This document shows, one piece after another, positions 27,157 to 38,422 of a DNA stretch of 64,000 nucleotides (position 1 is the first letter of the stretch; the number at the start of each line of letters is the position of its first letter). The notes beneath the pieces were generated by a model. It did no database searches and had not been told where the DNA came from. It saw only the letters and a program-made list of their open reading frames with translations. The stretch is taken from the NCBI GenBank assembly GCA_964345895.1, contig CAYFSQ010000001.1, forward strand, positions 6,456-70,455, given 5' to 3'. The translations under genes and the position numbers were made by a program. The stretch comes from an uncultured Oscillospiraceae bacterium. Its GTDB lineage: Bacteria > Bacillota > Clostridia > Christensenellales > Aristaeellaceae.

Positions 27157-27753
27157 CTATCTTCCTTTCCTACATAAAAATACCCGATAGCCAGCGCTGC
27201 GCTGGCCAATAGAAACCGATGAAAACAGGGTCTGCAAATGCTTCTGGGCGCTGTCTGCCCCCTGCTGTTTGCGGATAACCACATACAGGGTGCCATCTTT
27301 CTTCAGGTGCTGCGCACATTCCTCAAACAAACGGTAGATGACTTGCTTGCCGGCCCGAATGGGGGGGTTGAGCAAGATGTGGTCAAACTCTCCGTCGATG
27401 TTTTCAAACCCATCGCTTTGGATGATTTCTGCCCGTACCCCGTGGGCCTGGGCGTTGCGGGCGGCCAGTTCCACAGCCCGGCTATTGACATCTGACATGG
27501 TGACCAACAGGGCAGGGTGCGTTTTGCCCAGGATGGTACCAACTGCCCCCCAACCGCAGCCAATATCCAGCAGAGTCCCCTCCATGGTCTTTGGTGTAGC
27601 GCTCAGCAGCGTCAGGGTGCCCTTGTCCATTTCGCCTCGGGAAAACACACCGGCATCGGTCACAAAGCGGTATCGCTGCCCTTGGTAGGTGGTATCAAAG
27701 GTGATGGGGTTGCTGGCAACCTCAGGCTCGGGGGAAAAGTAATGGTTACTCAA
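27157..27753 (-). CDS. Class I SAM-dependent methyltransferase (RsmC/YbxB-like small rRNA methyltransferase)
   Basis: LLDIGCGWG SAM motif and NPPIRAG amino-methyltransferase motif. FVTDAGVFS pattern. Confidence 0.8.
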   Translation of the reverse strand: MSNHYFSPEPEVASNPITFDTTYQGQRYRFVTDAGVFSRGEMDKGTLTLLSATPKTMEGTLLDIGCGWGAVGTILGKTHPALLVTMSDVNSRAVELAARNAQAHGVRAEIIQSDGFENIDGEFDHILLNPPIRAGKQVIYRLFEECAQHLKKDGTLYVVIRKQQGADSAQKHLQTLFSSVSIGQRSAGYRVFLCRKGR

Positions 27754-28477
27754 TGCCGGCAGCCTCCTTCAGGGCGGTTAATTCATGTTCTGTTAAAAGC
27801 CTGTACTGGCCGGGCTCAAGGCTCTCGTCCAGCGAAAGAGGGCCAAAGGACAGCCGCTTAAGGGCCGTTACCTCGTGGCCGCAGGCCAGGAACATACGCT
27901 TCACCTGGTGGTACTTGCCCTCGCACACCGTAACCAGCGCCTTGCTTTGGTTTCCGTCTGCCGTTAGGATGCGCAGTGTGGCGGGCAGGGCAGTAAAGTC
28001 CTTCAGCTGGATGCCCTCCTGAAACTGGCGGACGGCATTGTCCGTCAACTTGCCTTTTACCACGGCCTCATACACCTTATCCACTTCCCGTTTGGGGGAC
28101 AGCAGCTTGTGGGCTAAGGTGCCGTCGGTGGTAAAGAGCAGCAGCCCCTGGGTATCCTTGTCCAACCTGCCCACAGGCATGCAGCCTAAAGACAGGTACT
28201 TTGGGGGCAGCAAGTCCATCACGGTTTTTTGCCGGTGGTCGTTGGCGGCGGTCAGGATGCCCATGGGTTTGTTCATCATCAGGTGGTAGGTCAATTGGGT
28301 ATCGATCACCGCGCCATCCAGGGTAATCAGGCTGTCCAGGCTGATCTGGGCGGCGGCACTTGTGACGGCATGCCCATCCACATGGATGCGTCCTTTGCGG
28401 GCTATGGCCTGGGCCTGGCTGCGGGTGGCAAGGGACAAAAGGGAGAGGAGCCGATCCAGGCGCATTTTACCTGCCAT
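27746..28477 (-). CDS. rsuA: Pseudouridine synthase, RsuA/RluB family
   Basis: S4 domain (MRLDRLLS...) and catalytic VGRLDKDTQGLLL. Start is ATG 28477 or 28465 (neither has a strong SD). The longer track start 28525 was rejected. Confidence 0.85.
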   Translation of the reverse strand: MAGKMRLDRLLSLLSLATRSQAQAIARKGRIHVDGHAVTSAAAQISLDSLITLDGAVIDTQLTYHLMMNKPMGILTAANDHRQKTVMDLLPPKYLSLGCMPVGRLDKDTQGLLLFTTDGTLAHKLLSPKREVDKVYEAVVKGKLTDNAVRQFQEGIQLKDFTALPATLRILTADGNQSKALVTVCEGKYHQVKRMFLACGHEVTALKRLSFGPLSLDESLEPGQYRLLTEHELTALKEAAGIE

Positions 28478-29348
28478 GGTTGTCCAAAAGAGCAGCTGCC
28501 AAGGCAGCCTTGCGGTACTGCACAAAGGGCAGGTACAGCACGGCCAGCGCCACAGCTATCTGGGTAAAAGCATTGCTGGAGAAAGCCATTTTGTTAACGG
28601 TATCCAGCCCCTTTAACAGGTCCGCTGTCATGCTGCCTGTCATCTTGGGGGCCATGTCCATGTAGAGGATCATCAGTACTGCCAGGACAGCGGGCAGGCA
28701 AACGATGAAGTTCTTCAAGGTTGTTTTTGCCAAGGAGCCGCTGCTAACCTGCATCCACTGCCTGTTGGTTTTAAAAGGCTTGTCCGCCAGCAGTTCCTGG
28801 GGCAGGTATTCCAGTGCCAGATGCCTGCGCCAACCGGCATAGGCCAGCACCAGGCTCAACAGGAAAAGACCCATCAGCATCAACGTGCCGTGGAGGTAGG
28901 TGCCGCCTACCAAGGAAGCTAAGAAGCGAATGACCTTCACCAGTTGGGTGGCATCCGCTATGTTCCACAGGTAGTAAAGCCCCGCTGTGCAAACAAAGGC
29001 GGGCAGCAGCCAGAAAAATGCCCGGCCAAAGCGGGACAGGGCTACCTTCAGCCACAGGCTGTACCTGCCTTTCTGAGGCTCCTGGCCCATGGCATAGCGC
29101 ATCAAACGCCCCCGGGAATAGAAGCGGAAGGGCAATACCAGCACCAGGTACAACAGGACGGAACACACTGGGAAAATGACAACGCCCATGCCAAAGGGAG
29201 GCTTAAACGCCTCGCCCAGATACCCCAGAATGATGGGGGCAAGGGCAACCAGGCGCAGCGCAAGCTGCATAAAAAGGGTTTTTACCAATTCCGGTCTGTG
29301 GTTCTTTATTGTTTGTCCCGCGGCTTTGTGGGGTGAAGATACATTCAA
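28467..29348 (-). CDS. Polytopic membrane protein of unknown function
   Basis: Multiple hydrophobic segments with no recognisable family. Start moved to in-frame TTG 29348, 8 nt after GAGGAGG (29363-29357). The track start TTG 29390 sits inside the upstream terminator tail. Confidence 0.55.
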   Translation of the reverse strand: MNVSSPHKAAGQTIKNHRPELVKTLFMQLALRLVALAPIILGYLGEAFKPPFGMGVVIFPVCSVLLYLVLVLPFRFYSRGRLMRYAMGQEPQKGRYSLWLKVALSRFGRAFFWLLPAFVCTAGLYYLWNIADATQLVKVIRFLASLVGGTYLHGTLMLMGLFLLSLVLAYAGWRRHLALEYLPQELLADKPFKTNRQWMQVSSGSLAKTTLKNFIVCLPAVLAVLMILYMDMAPKMTGSMTADLLKGLDTVNKMAFSSNAFTQIAVALAVLYLPFVQYRKAALAAALLDNHGR

Positions 29349-29378
29349 AGGAAAATCCTCCTCAAGTTCAATGGGTAA

Positions 29379-29407
29379 ATTATAAAACAATACCCCCGCT
29401 AAAGCAA
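29379..29407 (-). promoter_or_regulatory. Promoter embedded in the uvrA-unit terminator
   Basis: Minus strand: TTGCTT (29407-29402, in the terminator loop), 17 nt, TATAAT (29384-29379). Confidence 0.45.
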
Positions 29408-29415
29408 GGCGGGGG
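29383..29415 (-). terminator. Intrinsic terminator after the uvrA / Cys-rich miniprotein unit
   Basis: Minus strand: CCCCCGC-cttgcttta-GCGGGGG followed by TATTGTTTTA. Confidence 0.55.
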
Positions 29416-29423
29416 CAAAGAAG

Positions 29424-29642
29424 TTACAGCAAGAAAAGGTTGTCTGCTTTGGTTTCCTCTTCCTGCGACACGGGGGGAAGAAGCGTTCCCTCCCTCAGGC
29501 GGGCAATGTCCTCCCTTGTCAGCACCCTGCCTGCGCCCATGCAGGCATCACAGGTGTGGCCGCAATGGGGGCATTGACAGCGTACCTCGCCCCCTTCCGT
29601 CTGGATCATATAATCCCCGCAGTTGGGGCAGCCGCAGCGCAT
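29424..29642 (-). CDS. 72-aa Cys-rich double zinc-knuckle miniprotein
   Basis: MRCGCPNCG...RCQCPHCGHTCDAC: two CxCPxCG motifs plus CxxC (8 Cys in 34 aa). Its ATG overlaps the uvrA stop (TAATG). Confidence 0.6.
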   Translation of the reverse strand: MRCGCPNCGDYMIQTEGGEVRCQCPHCGHTCDACMGAGRVLTREDIARLREGTLLPPVSQEEETKADNLFLL

Positions 29643-32500
29643 TATTTTTTCCCTTTCTTTGGCTTGTCAGTTGCAGGTACAATCCCCGCCTTCAACAGGT
29701 ACTGTCCGGTATAACTGTCCTTCTTGGCGGCAATGTCCTCCGGGGTGCCCTGGACGACAATATGCCCGCCTTCGTCGCCCCCTTCAGGGCCCAGGTCGAT
29801 AATATAGTCTGACGTTTTCAGCACATCCAGATTATGCTCCACCACCAGCACCGTATTGCCCGACTTTGTCAGCCGCTGCAACACGTGAATGAGCCTGGAT
29901 ACATCATCAATGTGCAGCCCGGTGGTGGGCTCATCCAGCAGGATGATGGTCTTTCCTGTGGCCCTGCGGCTTAGCTCCGTCGCCAGCTTCACCCGCTGGG
30001 CTTCGCCTCCTGACAGGGTGGTGCTGCTTTGCCCCAGGCGGATATACCCCAGCCCCACATCGTACAGGGTGTTCAGCTTGTTCATAATTTGCGGGTGGTT
30101 TTCAAACAGCCGCATGGCTTCTTCCACCGTCATATCCAGCACATCCGAAATATTCTGGCCTTTGTACTTGATGTCCAGCGTCTCCCGGTTATACCGCTTG
30201 CCCTTGCAAACCTCGCAGGGCACATAGATATCCGCCATGAAGTGCATTTCAATCTTCAGCAAGCCATCCCCGCTGCAAGCTTCGCACCGGCCGCCCTTGA
30301 CGTTAAAGGAGAAGCGTCCCGCGTCGTAACCCCGGGCCTTTGCCTCGTTCAACTGGGCAAATACCTTGCGGATCAAATCAAACAAGCCGGTATAGGTGGC
30401 TGGGTTGCTGCGGGGGGTACGGCCGATGGGGGATTGATCAATGTTGATGATTTTATCCAACTGCTCCAGGCCTTCAATGGCCTCATGTTTGCCGGGGTAG
30501 CTCTTGGCACGGTTCAAATCCCTTGCCAGAGCCTTGTAGAGAATTTCGTTCACCAAGCTGCTTTTTCCACTGCCCGAAACCCCAGACACGCTGCAGAACA
30601 CCCCCAAGGGAAACTTGACGTCGATGTTCTTCAGGTTATTTTCCTTTGCCCCTTTTATCGTCAGCCAGCCGGTGGGCTTGCGCCTTTTGGCGGGGGTGGG
30701 AATGCTCTTTTTACCGCTTAGGTATTCGCCGGTTACCGAGCGGGGCGCTGCCATCAAATCAGTGGTTTGGCCTACAGCCACCACTTCGCCGCCATTCTCC
30801 CCGGCGCCGGGGCCAATGTCCACAATGTAATCGGCAGCGCGCAGCGTATCCTCGTCATGCTCTACTACAATCAAGGTGTTACCCTGGTCCCGCAGTTTTT
30901 TCAGCGTTTCCAGCAGCCGGGCGTTGTCCCTCTGGTGCAGGCCAATGCTGGGTTCATCCAGGATGTACAACACCCCCATCAGGCTAGAGCCAATCTGGGT
31001 TGCCAAGCGGATGCGCTGGGCTTCGCCCCCGGATAGGGTAGCGGCTGTGCGGGACAGCGTCAGGTATTCCAGCCCCACATTGCACAGGAACCCTAAACGA
31101 GAGCTGATTTCTTTGATAATCTGCTCAGCAATCATCCGCTGGGTGGGGGAGAGGCTCAGGCTGCTGAGGAAGTCCCTGGCCTTTACCATGTTCATGTCGC
31201 TCAGCTCTGCAATGTTCTGTCCGCCCACCGTAACTGCCAGGGATTCTGGCTTCAGGCGTTTGCCGCCGCAGGCGGTACAGTCCTGCTCGCTCATGTATTC
31301 TTCGTACATGGCCTTCATGCCCTCGCTGCTGGTTTCGGCATACCGCCGCAGGGTGGAGGGGATGATGCCTTCATAGGCCACCTTGTATACGCCCGAGCCG
31401 GAAAGGGATTCAAACTTCACGGGGATTTTAACGCCCTTGGTGCCATACAGCAGAATGTTCATCACCTTTTCCGGCAATTCGCCCACCGGGGTGTCCATGC
31501 TGAAGTGATAATATTCCGCCAGCCCCATAAACAGCATATGGCTGGTGGAGCGGGCGTTGCCAGCGCTGTTCCAGCCCATGGCATTGATGGCCCCCTGGTT
31601 AAGAGACTTGGTTTTATCAGGAAATACCAGCTCCGGCGATACCGTCATAAATCGGCCCAAGCCCGAACAGGTGGGGCAGGCGCCGTAGGGATTGTTGAAG
31701 GAAAACATACGGGGTGTCAGCTCTTCCAGGTTGATACCGCATTCTGCGCAGGCATAGTTCTGGGAGAACATCATATCCTCGCCGCCTACCACCTGGACAT
31801 TGACCAGCCCGCCGGACTGCTTGAGCACCGTTTCGATGGAGCCGCTTAGCCGGCTTTCCAACCCCGGCCGGATGGACACCCTGTCCACCACAATTTCGAT
31901 GGTATGTTTTTTCTGTTTATCAAGGCTGGGTGGTTCGTCCAACTCAAAAATTTCGCCGTCTATGCGGGCGCGGACAAAACCATTCTTGCGGGCATCCTCC
32001 ATCAGCTTGACGTGCTCGCCCTTGCGCCCTCTGACGATGGGGGCCATCAGCAAAAGCCGTGTGCCTTCAGGCAATGCCATCAGCGCGTCCACCATCTGAT
32101 CCACCGTTTGCTGGTGGATTTCCTTGCCGCACTTCGGGCAATGGGGGATGCCCACCCGGGCATACAAAAGCCGTAAATAGTCGTGTATCTCTGTCACCGT
32201 GCCCACGGTGGAACGGGGGTTATGCACCGTGGTCTTCTGGTCGATGGAGATGGCGGGGGAGAGGCCTTCGATGCTGTCCACATCAGGCTTTTCCATCTGC
32301 CCCAAAAATTGCCGGGCATACGAAGACATGCTTTCCACATACCGTCGCTGGCCTTCTGCGTAGAGGGTATCAAAGGCCAGGGAAGATTTGCCCGAACCGG
32401 ACAGCCCCGTCAGCACCACCAATTGGTTACGGGGGATGTTTACGTCGACATTTTTTAAGTTATGGACGCGTGCGCCCTTAATGATGATTGAATCCTGCAT
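29642..32500 (-). CDS. uvrA: Excinuclease ABC subunit A
   Basis: 952 aa. [17 protein letters not shown], two ABC ATPase modules ([18 protein letters not shown]) and zinc-finger Cys clusters. Confidence 0.97.
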   Translation of the reverse strand: MQDSIIIKGARVHNLKNVDVNIPRNQLVVLTGLSGSGKSSLAFDTLYAEGQRRYVESMSSYARQFLGQMEKPDVDSIEGLSPAISIDQKTTVHNPRSTVGTVTEIHDYLRLLYARVGIPHCPKCGKEIHQQTVDQMVDALMALPEGTRLLLMAPIVRGRKGEHVKLMEDARKNGFVRARIDGEIFELDEPPSLDKQKKHTIEIVVDRVSIRPGLESRLSGSIETVLKQSGGLVNVQVVGGEDMMFSQNYACAECGINLEELTPRMFSFNNPYGACPTCSGLGRFMTVSPELVFPDKTKSLNQGAINAMGWNSAGNARSTSHMLFMGLAEYYHFSMDTPVGELPEKVMNILLYGTKGVKIPVKFESLSGSGVYKVAYEGIIPSTLRRYAETSSEGMKAMYEEYMSEQDCTACGGKRLKPESLAVTVGGQNIAELSDMNMVKARDFLSSLSLSPTQRMIAEQIIKEISSRLGFLCNVGLEYLTLSRTAATLSGGEAQRIRLATQIGSSLMGVLYILDEPSIGLHQRDNARLLETLKKLRDQGNTLIVVEHDEDTLRAADYIVDIGPGAGENGGEVVAVGQTTDLMAAPRSVTGEYLSGKKSIPTPAKRRKPTGWLTIKGAKENNLKNIDVKFPLGVFCSVSGVSGSGKSSLVNEILYKALARDLNRAKSYPGKHEAIEGLEQLDKIINIDQSPIGRTPRSNPATYTGLFDLIRKVFAQLNEAKARGYDAGRFSFNVKGGRCEACSGDGLLKIEMHFMADIYVPCEVCKGKRYNRETLDIKYKGQNISDVLDMTVEEAMRLFENHPQIMNKLNTLYDVGLGYIRLGQSSTTLSGGEAQRVKLATELSRRATGKTIILLDEPTTGLHIDDVSRLIHVLQRLTKSGNTVLVVEHNLDVLKTSDYIIDLGPEGGDEGGHIVVQGTPEDIAAKKDSYTGQYLLKAGIVPATDKPKKGKK

Positions 32501-32573
32501 ACATGCTCCTTAGAGTTTTTACCTTGGGAATTATAGCACGTATGTTCCCCTGTTTCAAGGCGTGATGGGGATA

Positions 32574-32605
32574 GGAAAAGGGCTGCAGCCAGTGGTGCAG
32601 CCCTT
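32574..32605 (-). terminator. Intrinsic terminator of the V-ATPase operon
   Basis: Minus strand: AAGGGCTGCA-ccactggc-TGCAGCCCTT followed by TTTCC. Two further GC hairpins (32664-32678, 32684-32706) lie between it and the ntpD stop. Confidence 0.65.
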
Positions 32606-32714
32606 ATGTTTATTTGTGGTTAACAGGGTTTATGCGGTGTTTTTTCCTTTCGTCCAAGGCATGCCGGGCTTTGCCCGGACCCACCAAGGGGAATGATTCC
32701 CCTTGGAACCCGCA

Positions 32715-33350
32715 TCAGTCCCTGGCGGCGATGATTTCCTTAACCTTCATCAGGCGGATGATGGAGCTGCGCTCATTCTCGTCCAGCTTCATGGTGATGA
32801 CCCGGATGGTTTCCTCAAACTGAGGAATCATCACATACTCCAGGGCGTTTACCCTGCGGCGGGTCTTTTCAATCTCATTGGCCAAGAGGGAACAGGTTTT
32901 TTCCAGCTCAGCTAAGCGGAACAGCTCTGGCAGCAGGGCAGCCATTGTCTCAATGGCATCATCCAGTTCGGCTGAGGTTTCCGCATACCCATAGGGCTGG
33001 ATGGCTTCCTTCAGGCTTTCTGCTTCCAGGTTGATTTCCGGCACCCTGACCGACAAAATGTTGCGGATGCCCATGGTCACCTTGGCACTGCGGGCGGGGT
33101 ACATCAGCGCGCTTTCCAGGGTGGTGCCATCCATCACGGCCCTTGCCATGGCGAAGCGGCGCAAGGCCAGCTGCAGGTCTTTCTCCACCTTGACGCGCAA
33201 TGTGGCGTTCTCCCGTATCAGCCCGATAAAACGGCGCACCAACTCGTCCCGCTTATCCTTGAGCAACTTGTGCCCGCGCTTGGCGGTCACCAAGCGGCGC
33301 TTGATGCGGGTGAGCTCCATCCGTGTGGGGTTGACGCGCAGGGTGGCCAT
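32715..33350 (-). CDS. ntpD: V-type ATP synthase subunit D
   Basis: [20 protein letters not shown]..., coiled-coil central stalk pattern. Confidence 0.9.
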   Translation of the reverse strand: MATLRVNPTRMELTRIKRRLVTAKRGHKLLKDKRDELVRRFIGLIRENATLRVKVEKDLQLALRRFAMARAVMDGTTLESALMYPARSAKVTMGIRNILSVRVPEINLEAESLKEAIQPYGYAETSAELDDAIETMAALLPELFRLAELEKTCSLLANEIEKTRRRVNALEYVMIPQFEETIRVITMKLDENERSSIIRLMKVKEIIAARD

Positions 33351-34738
33351 TACTTCTCGTCCTCCACTTCAAGGGGCAGGTACTGATCGACCATCTCGTC
33401 GCGGATACGCTTCAGTTCGTTGCGAGGCAGGATCTTCAGCAGTTCCCAGCCCAGGTTCAGCGTGTCCTCGATGCTGCGGTCGGTATCATTGCCCTGGGAA
33501 ACATACTGCTTCTCAAAGGCGTCGGCAAACTCAGCAAACTTTTTGTCCGTGTCGCTCAGCGCCGCTTCGCCCAGAATGACGGCCAATTCCTTGGCGTCCT
33601 TGCCCCGGGAATAGGCAGCAAACAGCTGGTTCATGGTGGGGGCATGGTCTTCCCTGGTTTTGCCCTTGCCGATGCCCTTGTCCTTCAGGCGTGACAAGGA
33701 GGGCAGCACGTTGATGGGCGGCACTATGCTGCGCAGGTGCAGCTCACGGCTTAAAATTATCTGCCCTTCGGTGATGTAACCCGTCAGGTCGGGTATGGGA
33801 TGGGTGATGTCATCCTCCGGCATGGTCAGGATGGGCAGCTGGGTAATGGAACCCTTCTTGCCCTTCACACGGCCGGCACGCTCGTACATGGATGCCAGGT
33901 CGGTGTACAGGTAGCCGGGATAGCCGCGGCGGCCCGGCACTTCCTTGCGGGCAGCGGACACTTCGCGCAGGGCTTCGGCGTAGTTGGTCAGGTCTGTCAG
34001 GATAACAAGCACGTGCATGTCTTTTTCGTAGGCCAGGTATTCTGCTGCCGTCAGCGCCATACGGGGGGTGGCGATGCGCTCGATGGCGGGGTCGTTGGCC
34101 AGGTTCATAAACAGCACGGCACGCTCAATGGCGCCGGTACGCCTGAAGTCGGAGATGAAGAAGTTGGCTTCTTCAAAGGTGATGCCAATGGCGCCGAACA
34201 CCACGGCGAAGTTCTCATCAGTGCCCAGCACCTTGGCCTGCCGGGCAATCTGGGTGGCAAGCTGGGCGTGGGGCAAACCGCTGCCTGAGAAAACCGGCAG
34301 CTTCTGGCCGCGCACCAGGGTATTCAAGCCGTCAATGGCGGAAATGCCCGTTTGGATAAATTCACTGGGATAGTCCCGGGCGGCGGGATTCAAGGGCTCG
34401 CCGTTGATGTTGCGGCGGGATTCGGGGATGATGGCAGGGCCGCCATCCCGGGGTTCGCCCATGCCGTCGAAAACCCGGCCCAGCATATCCATGGACAGGG
34501 ACAGTTCGATGCCCCGGCCCAGAAAGCGGGCTTTGCTGTCATCAATCTTTAAGCCGTTGCTGCTTTCAAACAGCTGCACCAGGGCTTTATCGCCATTGAT
34601 TTCCAGCACGCGCCCCCGGCGCATTTCGCCGTTGGCTTGCTCAATCTCGACCAGCTCGTCGAAGGTGACGCCGGACACCTGTTCCACCAGCATCAAAGGC
34701 CCTACGACTTCCTTTATGGTACGGTACTCTTTCAACAT
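33350..34738 (-). CDS. ntpB: V-type ATP synthase subunit B
   Basis: 462 aa, non-catalytic AB-family subunit ([15 protein letters not shown]...). Confidence 0.95.
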   Translation of the reverse strand: MLKEYRTIKEVVGPLMLVEQVSGVTFDELVEIEQANGEMRRGRVLEINGDKALVQLFESSNGLKIDDSKARFLGRGIELSLSMDMLGRVFDGMGEPRDGGPAIIPESRRNINGEPLNPAARDYPSEFIQTGISAIDGLNTLVRGQKLPVFSGSGLPHAQLATQIARQAKVLGTDENFAVVFGAIGITFEEANFFISDFRRTGAIERAVLFMNLANDPAIERIATPRMALTAAEYLAYEKDMHVLVILTDLTNYAEALREVSAARKEVPGRRGYPGYLYTDLASMYERAGRVKGKKGSITQLPILTMPEDDITHPIPDLTGYITEGQIILSRELHLRSIVPPINVLPSLSRLKDKGIGKGKTREDHAPTMNQLFAAYSRGKDAKELAVILGEAALSDTDKKFAEFADAFEKQYVSQGNDTDRSIEDTLNLGWELLKILPRNELKRIRDEMVDQYLPLEVEDEK

Positions 34739-34739
34739 C

Positions 34740-36506
34740 TCACAGCCCTCCCTCGTCAGTCAGCGCGGCAATCTGGCTGTTTAAATCGGATTCATAGCCG
34801 TCAAAATCATGGAGGTTTTCTTCCAGCACATACTTGGCGCGGGCAATGCGGTCGCGCACCGGCAGGTTCAGCACACCGCTGAGGGTAGCGCCTTTCTTCA
34901 GCGCTTCATGTCCCTTATGGGAGTACGCCAGGATCAATTGCAGCATCAGGTGCTGTTTCTCCAAGGATGTATAGGTGTCCACCTCATCAAAGGCGTTTTG
35001 GTGCAGGTAGTCTTCACGGATGGAGCGGGCAACTTCCATGGTCAGCCTGTCATCCCAGCTTAAGGCATCGATACCCACCAGACGGACGATTTCTTCCAGC
35101 TCCGATTCCTGTTGCAATATGCCCATGGCTTCGGCGCGCATGGCGTTCCAGCCGGCGGCCACATTGTCGCTGAACCAATCCTGCATGGAGTCGATATACA
35201 AAGAGTAGGATGCCAGCCAGTCAATGGCGGGGAAATGCCGCTTGTAGGCCAGCGCAGCCGACAGCCCCCAGAACACCTTGACGATGCGCAGCGTTGCCTG
35301 GGAAACGGGCTCTGATATATCGCCGCCGGGCGGGGAAACGGCCCCGATGGCGGAGATAGAGCCGTAGCGATCGGTGGAAGCTACGCACTTAACCACGCCG
35401 GCGCGCTCGTAGAATTCGGCAATGCGGCTGGCCAGGTAGGCAGGGTAGCCTTCCTCGCCGGGCATTTCTTCCAGGCGGCCGCTCATTTCGCGCAGAGCCT
35501 CTGCCCAGCGGCTGGTGGAGTCGGCCATGATGGCAACCTTGTACCCCATGTCGCGGTAGTATTCGGCAATGGTAATCCCGGTATATATGCTGGCTTCACG
35601 GGCTGCCACCGGCATGTCCGATGTGTTGGCAATCAGCACGGTGCGCTTCATCAGCGTTTCGCCGGTGCGCGGGTCATGCAGTTCGGGGAACTCCATCAGC
35701 ACGTCGGTCATCTCGTTGCCGCGCTCGCCGCAGCCAACGTAGACAATGATGTCAGCATCAGCCCACTTGGCCAGCTGGTGCTGTACCACCGTCTTGCCCG
35801 AACCGAAGGGGCCGGGCACAGCAGCGGTGCCGCCTGAAGCAATGGGGAAAAAGGTATCGATAACCCGCTGCCCCGTTACCATGGGGCCATCGGGGGCTTG
35901 CTTTTCTTGATAGGGGCGGCCTCTGCGCACGGGCCACTTCTGCAGCATGGTGATGGGGGTGTCTTGGCCGTCATCTGTGGTAATCACGCAGATGACATCC
36001 TCCACCTTGGCGCTGCCTTCGTGGATGCTCTTTACCGTGCCTTCCACGCCCTTGGGCACCATGATGCGGTGCTCCACAACAACGCTTTCCTGCACGGTGC
36101 CCAGCACATCGCCGTGGGTAACCTTGGCGCCCACAGAAACCTTGGGCATAAAGCCCCAGATTTTTTCCCGGTCCAGGGAGGGCACTTCCACGCCGCGGGC
36201 AATGCGCTCGCCGCTCTTTTCACGGATGGCAGTCAGAGGGCGCTGGATGCCGTCGAAAATGGATTCAATCAGGCCTGGCCCCAGTTCCACCGACAGAGGC
36301 GCGCCGGTGGATTCCACCGGTTCACCCGGGCCGATGCCCGCTGTTTCTTCATATACCTGGATGGAGGCGCGGTCGCCCCTGAGCTCGATGATTTCGCCCA
36401 CCAGGCGGCTGTTGCTGACGCGCACCACGTCGTACATACGCGCGTCTGCCATTCCGCCGGCTACAATCAGCGGACCGGCGACCTTGATAATGGTTCCCTG
36501 GGCCAT
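34740..36506 (-). CDS. ntpA: V-type ATP synthase catalytic subunit A
   Basis: 588 aa. Walker [21 protein letters not shown]-terminus. Confidence 0.95.
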   Translation of the reverse strand: MAQGTIIKVAGPLIVAGGMADARMYDVVRVSNSRLVGEIIELRGDRASIQVYEETAGIGPGEPVESTGAPLSVELGPGLIESIFDGIQRPLTAIREKSGERIARGVEVPSLDREKIWGFMPKVSVGAKVTHGDVLGTVQESVVVEHRIMVPKGVEGTVKSIHEGSAKVEDVICVITTDDGQDTPITMLQKWPVRRGRPYQEKQAPDGPMVTGQRVIDTFFPIASGGTAAVPGPFGSGKTVVQHQLAKWADADIIVYVGCGERGNEMTDVLMEFPELHDPRTGETLMKRTVLIANTSDMPVAAREASIYTGITIAEYYRDMGYKVAIMADSTSRWAEALREMSGRLEEMPGEEGYPAYLASRIAEFYERAGVVKCVASTDRYGSISAIGAVSPPGGDISEPVSQATLRIVKVFWGLSAALAYKRHFPAIDWLASYSLYIDSMQDWFSDNVAAGWNAMRAEAMGILQQESELEEIVRLVGIDALSWDDRLTMEVARSIREDYLHQNAFDEVDTYTSLEKQHLMLQLILAYSHKGHEALKKGATLSGVLNLPVRDRIARAKYVLEENLHDFDGYESDLNSQIAALTDEGGL

Positions 36507-36508
36507 AA

Positions 36509-36847
36509 TTATTCCTCCATATTGTTCAGCAGAATGTTGGCGCCTACTGCTTTTTCCACGTTGGAATGCAGGCGCTCCATCCCCAGCCCCGTGGTTTCCC
36601 GGCTGCCGGGAATGGGGATCAGGGACACATGGGGGTCACTGTCGTATTGACTCATTGTTTCGGGGATCAGACGGGCAATATCCTCGGTGACAAAAATGAC
36701 CGGGATTCCGTCGGAAACAAGCTTAAAAACCGCATTGGCTGCCTGCTGGGCCCCCTGCACGCTTACAACGCGCATGCCCAACGTGCGGAATGCCAGCACC
36801 GCGTCGCTATCGCCAATGACGCCGATGGATAATGGTTTTTTAGCCAT
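36509..36847 (-). CDS. V-type ATP synthase subunit F
   Basis: Trimmed to ATG 36847 ([15 protein letters not shown]...). Small alpha/beta stalk subunit in the operon position before A. Confidence 0.8.
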   Translation of the reverse strand: MAKKPLSIGVIGDSDAVLAFRTLGMRVVSVQGAQQAANAVFKLVSDGIPVIFVTEDIARLIPETMSQYDSDPHVSLIPIPGSRETTGLGMERLHSNVEKAVGANILLNNMEE

Positions 36848-37808
36848 ACAACTCACGCAGCCTTTCCCGGATGGCCTCAATGGGGAAATTGTTTTCCTTG
36901 CCTGCCAGAATCAAGCGCACAGCGGCGGCTTCCCGGCTGCGCATCAGCAGATAACCGATCAAGCGCTCGTTGTCGCCAATGGTTCTGCGGTAGGGGGTGA
37001 AGAAGTCCAGCAGGTAGTTGTCAATTTCCTTTTCGAAGGCTGCCAGTTTATTTTTGTCCATAAAGGCGGCAATGGCAGCGGCATATACTTTAGCGCCGTA
37101 CCGGTTGACCAGAAGGGGAATGCGCTCGCTCTTAAGGTATGCTTTTTCCCATTCACTTACTTTAACCTCGCCGCCGGGCAGCAGCATGGCGGCCAGGAAG
37201 GCGTAGGGTTTGCCGGCATGCATGGCGCGCAGCGCCATCAGGGCGTTGCGCAAATCTGCACTGGCCTTAAAATAGCTCAGCGCTACCTTTTGCTTGTTGC
37301 TCAGCAAGGAGAAAGCCCATTGATAGTGCGCCTTATCCAGGGCCACATCAATCTCCATCGGGTCCACCTCTACCGCCAGGCGCTTTTCCAATCCATCCAG
37401 GGCGGCCTTGAGGGTGGGGGGAAAGCCGTCATACTTGCGTTCATTGATGGCATGGCGCATTTTTTCCAGCGGAATGGTACCACACAGCGACAGGCTGCCC
37501 GGGTCTGTTTCCAGGCTCCGCGCTTTGAGCAAAATCTTCAGGTTTTCCACGTCATGGCCTATCAGGAAGGCTTGTACAAGGTGATCGTCGGTGGATAAAT
37601 CCTTCAGCAGCTCGCATGCACGGCGCATATGTTCCTGAGCGTTATCCTCATCGCTGCCCATATCCGGCCAGGAATACTCGCTGAGTATGCGGCGGGCTTC
37701 CTGGGCACCCTGGGCTTGAAGAAGGCGCTCCAGCTTTGCCGTGTCCAGGGCGTTTTTTTCCAGTACGCTCAGACGGCCGACGGCATAATAAATACTGCTT
37801 TGCGGCAA
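36840..37808 (-). CDS. ntpC: V-type ATP synthase subunit C (V0 d-type)
   Basis: 322-aa helical protein in the conserved operon position. YYAVGRLSVLEKN N-terminus. Confidence 0.8.
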   Translation of the reverse strand: MPQSSIYYAVGRLSVLEKNALDTAKLERLLQAQGAQEARRILSEYSWPDMGSDEDNAQEHMRRACELLKDLSTDDHLVQAFLIGHDVENLKILLKARSLETDPGSLSLCGTIPLEKMRHAINERKYDGFPPTLKAALDGLEKRLAVEVDPMEIDVALDKAHYQWAFSLLSNKQKVALSYFKASADLRNALMALRAMHAGKPYAFLAAMLLPGGEVKVSEWEKAYLKSERIPLLVNRYGAKVYAAAIAAFMDKNKLAAFEKEIDNYLLDFFTPYRRTIGDNERLIGYLLMRSREAAAVRLILAGKENNFPIEAIRERLRELYG

Positions 37809-37828
37809 AGGCTTGCCTCCTTTCTAAA

Positions 37829-38419
37829 TTATGAGAAGAGGATGTTGGCGACGTCCGTTTCAGCCTGCAGACGCATGGCATCCACCAAGGCTTCAAAGGT
37901 ACAGTTGATTTCTGTCCCTCCCTGACGCAGCACAAAGCCGGTACCGGGCACAAGGTCTTCCCCTAATGCAAGGTTACCTTGCCCCTTTTCTTTCGTGAGG
38001 GCAGCGTTTACATCAGCCACAAAGGCATTGTCGATGACATGCTTTGTGTTCTGCCCGGCCAGCAGGGTTTCATTGCCCTGGGCGAGGGAGATGGCCTGTT
38101 TCAGGAAGTAGTCCCGGATAGCTTCCGCCGGCATGCCACGAAGCTGCTCGGCAGCCTGTTCAAAGGCGCTGCTGAGCACCTGGCGCTTCTGGGCCAGGTC
38201 GCTTTTTTTATCCTCCAGCTCCGCCATGCGCAGCATACGCTTCTCCGTCTCCTCGCCATCCTGCGCCATGCGCTGGCGGTTGAGGGCGTGCTTATCGTTG
38301 ATGCGCTTCTGGGATTCGGCACGGATGATGTGCGCTTTTTGCTTGGCGTCCTCCAGGATATCCGCAGCAGCAGCCCGGGCATCCTCGCCGATTTTATCTA
38401 AAATCGTCTTGACATCCAT
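37829..38419 (-). CDS. ntpE: V-type ATP synthase subunit E
   Basis: 196 aa. N-terminal charged coiled coil and C-terminal globular part. Operon context. Confidence 0.8.
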   Translation of the reverse strand: MDVKTILDKIGEDARAAAADILEDAKQKAHIIRAESQKRINDKHALNRQRMAQDGEETEKRMLRMAELEDKKSDLAQKRQVLSSAFEQAAEQLRGMPAEAIRDYFLKQAISLAQGNETLLAGQNTKHVIDNAFVADVNAALTKEKGQGNLALGEDLVPGTGFVLRQGGTEINCTFEALVDAMRLQAETDVANILFS

Positions 38420-38422
38420 GGC

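Noticed and set aside
32664-32706. Two extra GC hairpins directly after the ntpD stop as REP-like elements or an sRNA.
   Set aside because: They are short, have no U-tract, and have no second copy in the window. Most simply they are mRNA 3'-stabilising structures ahead of the real terminator at 32574-32605.
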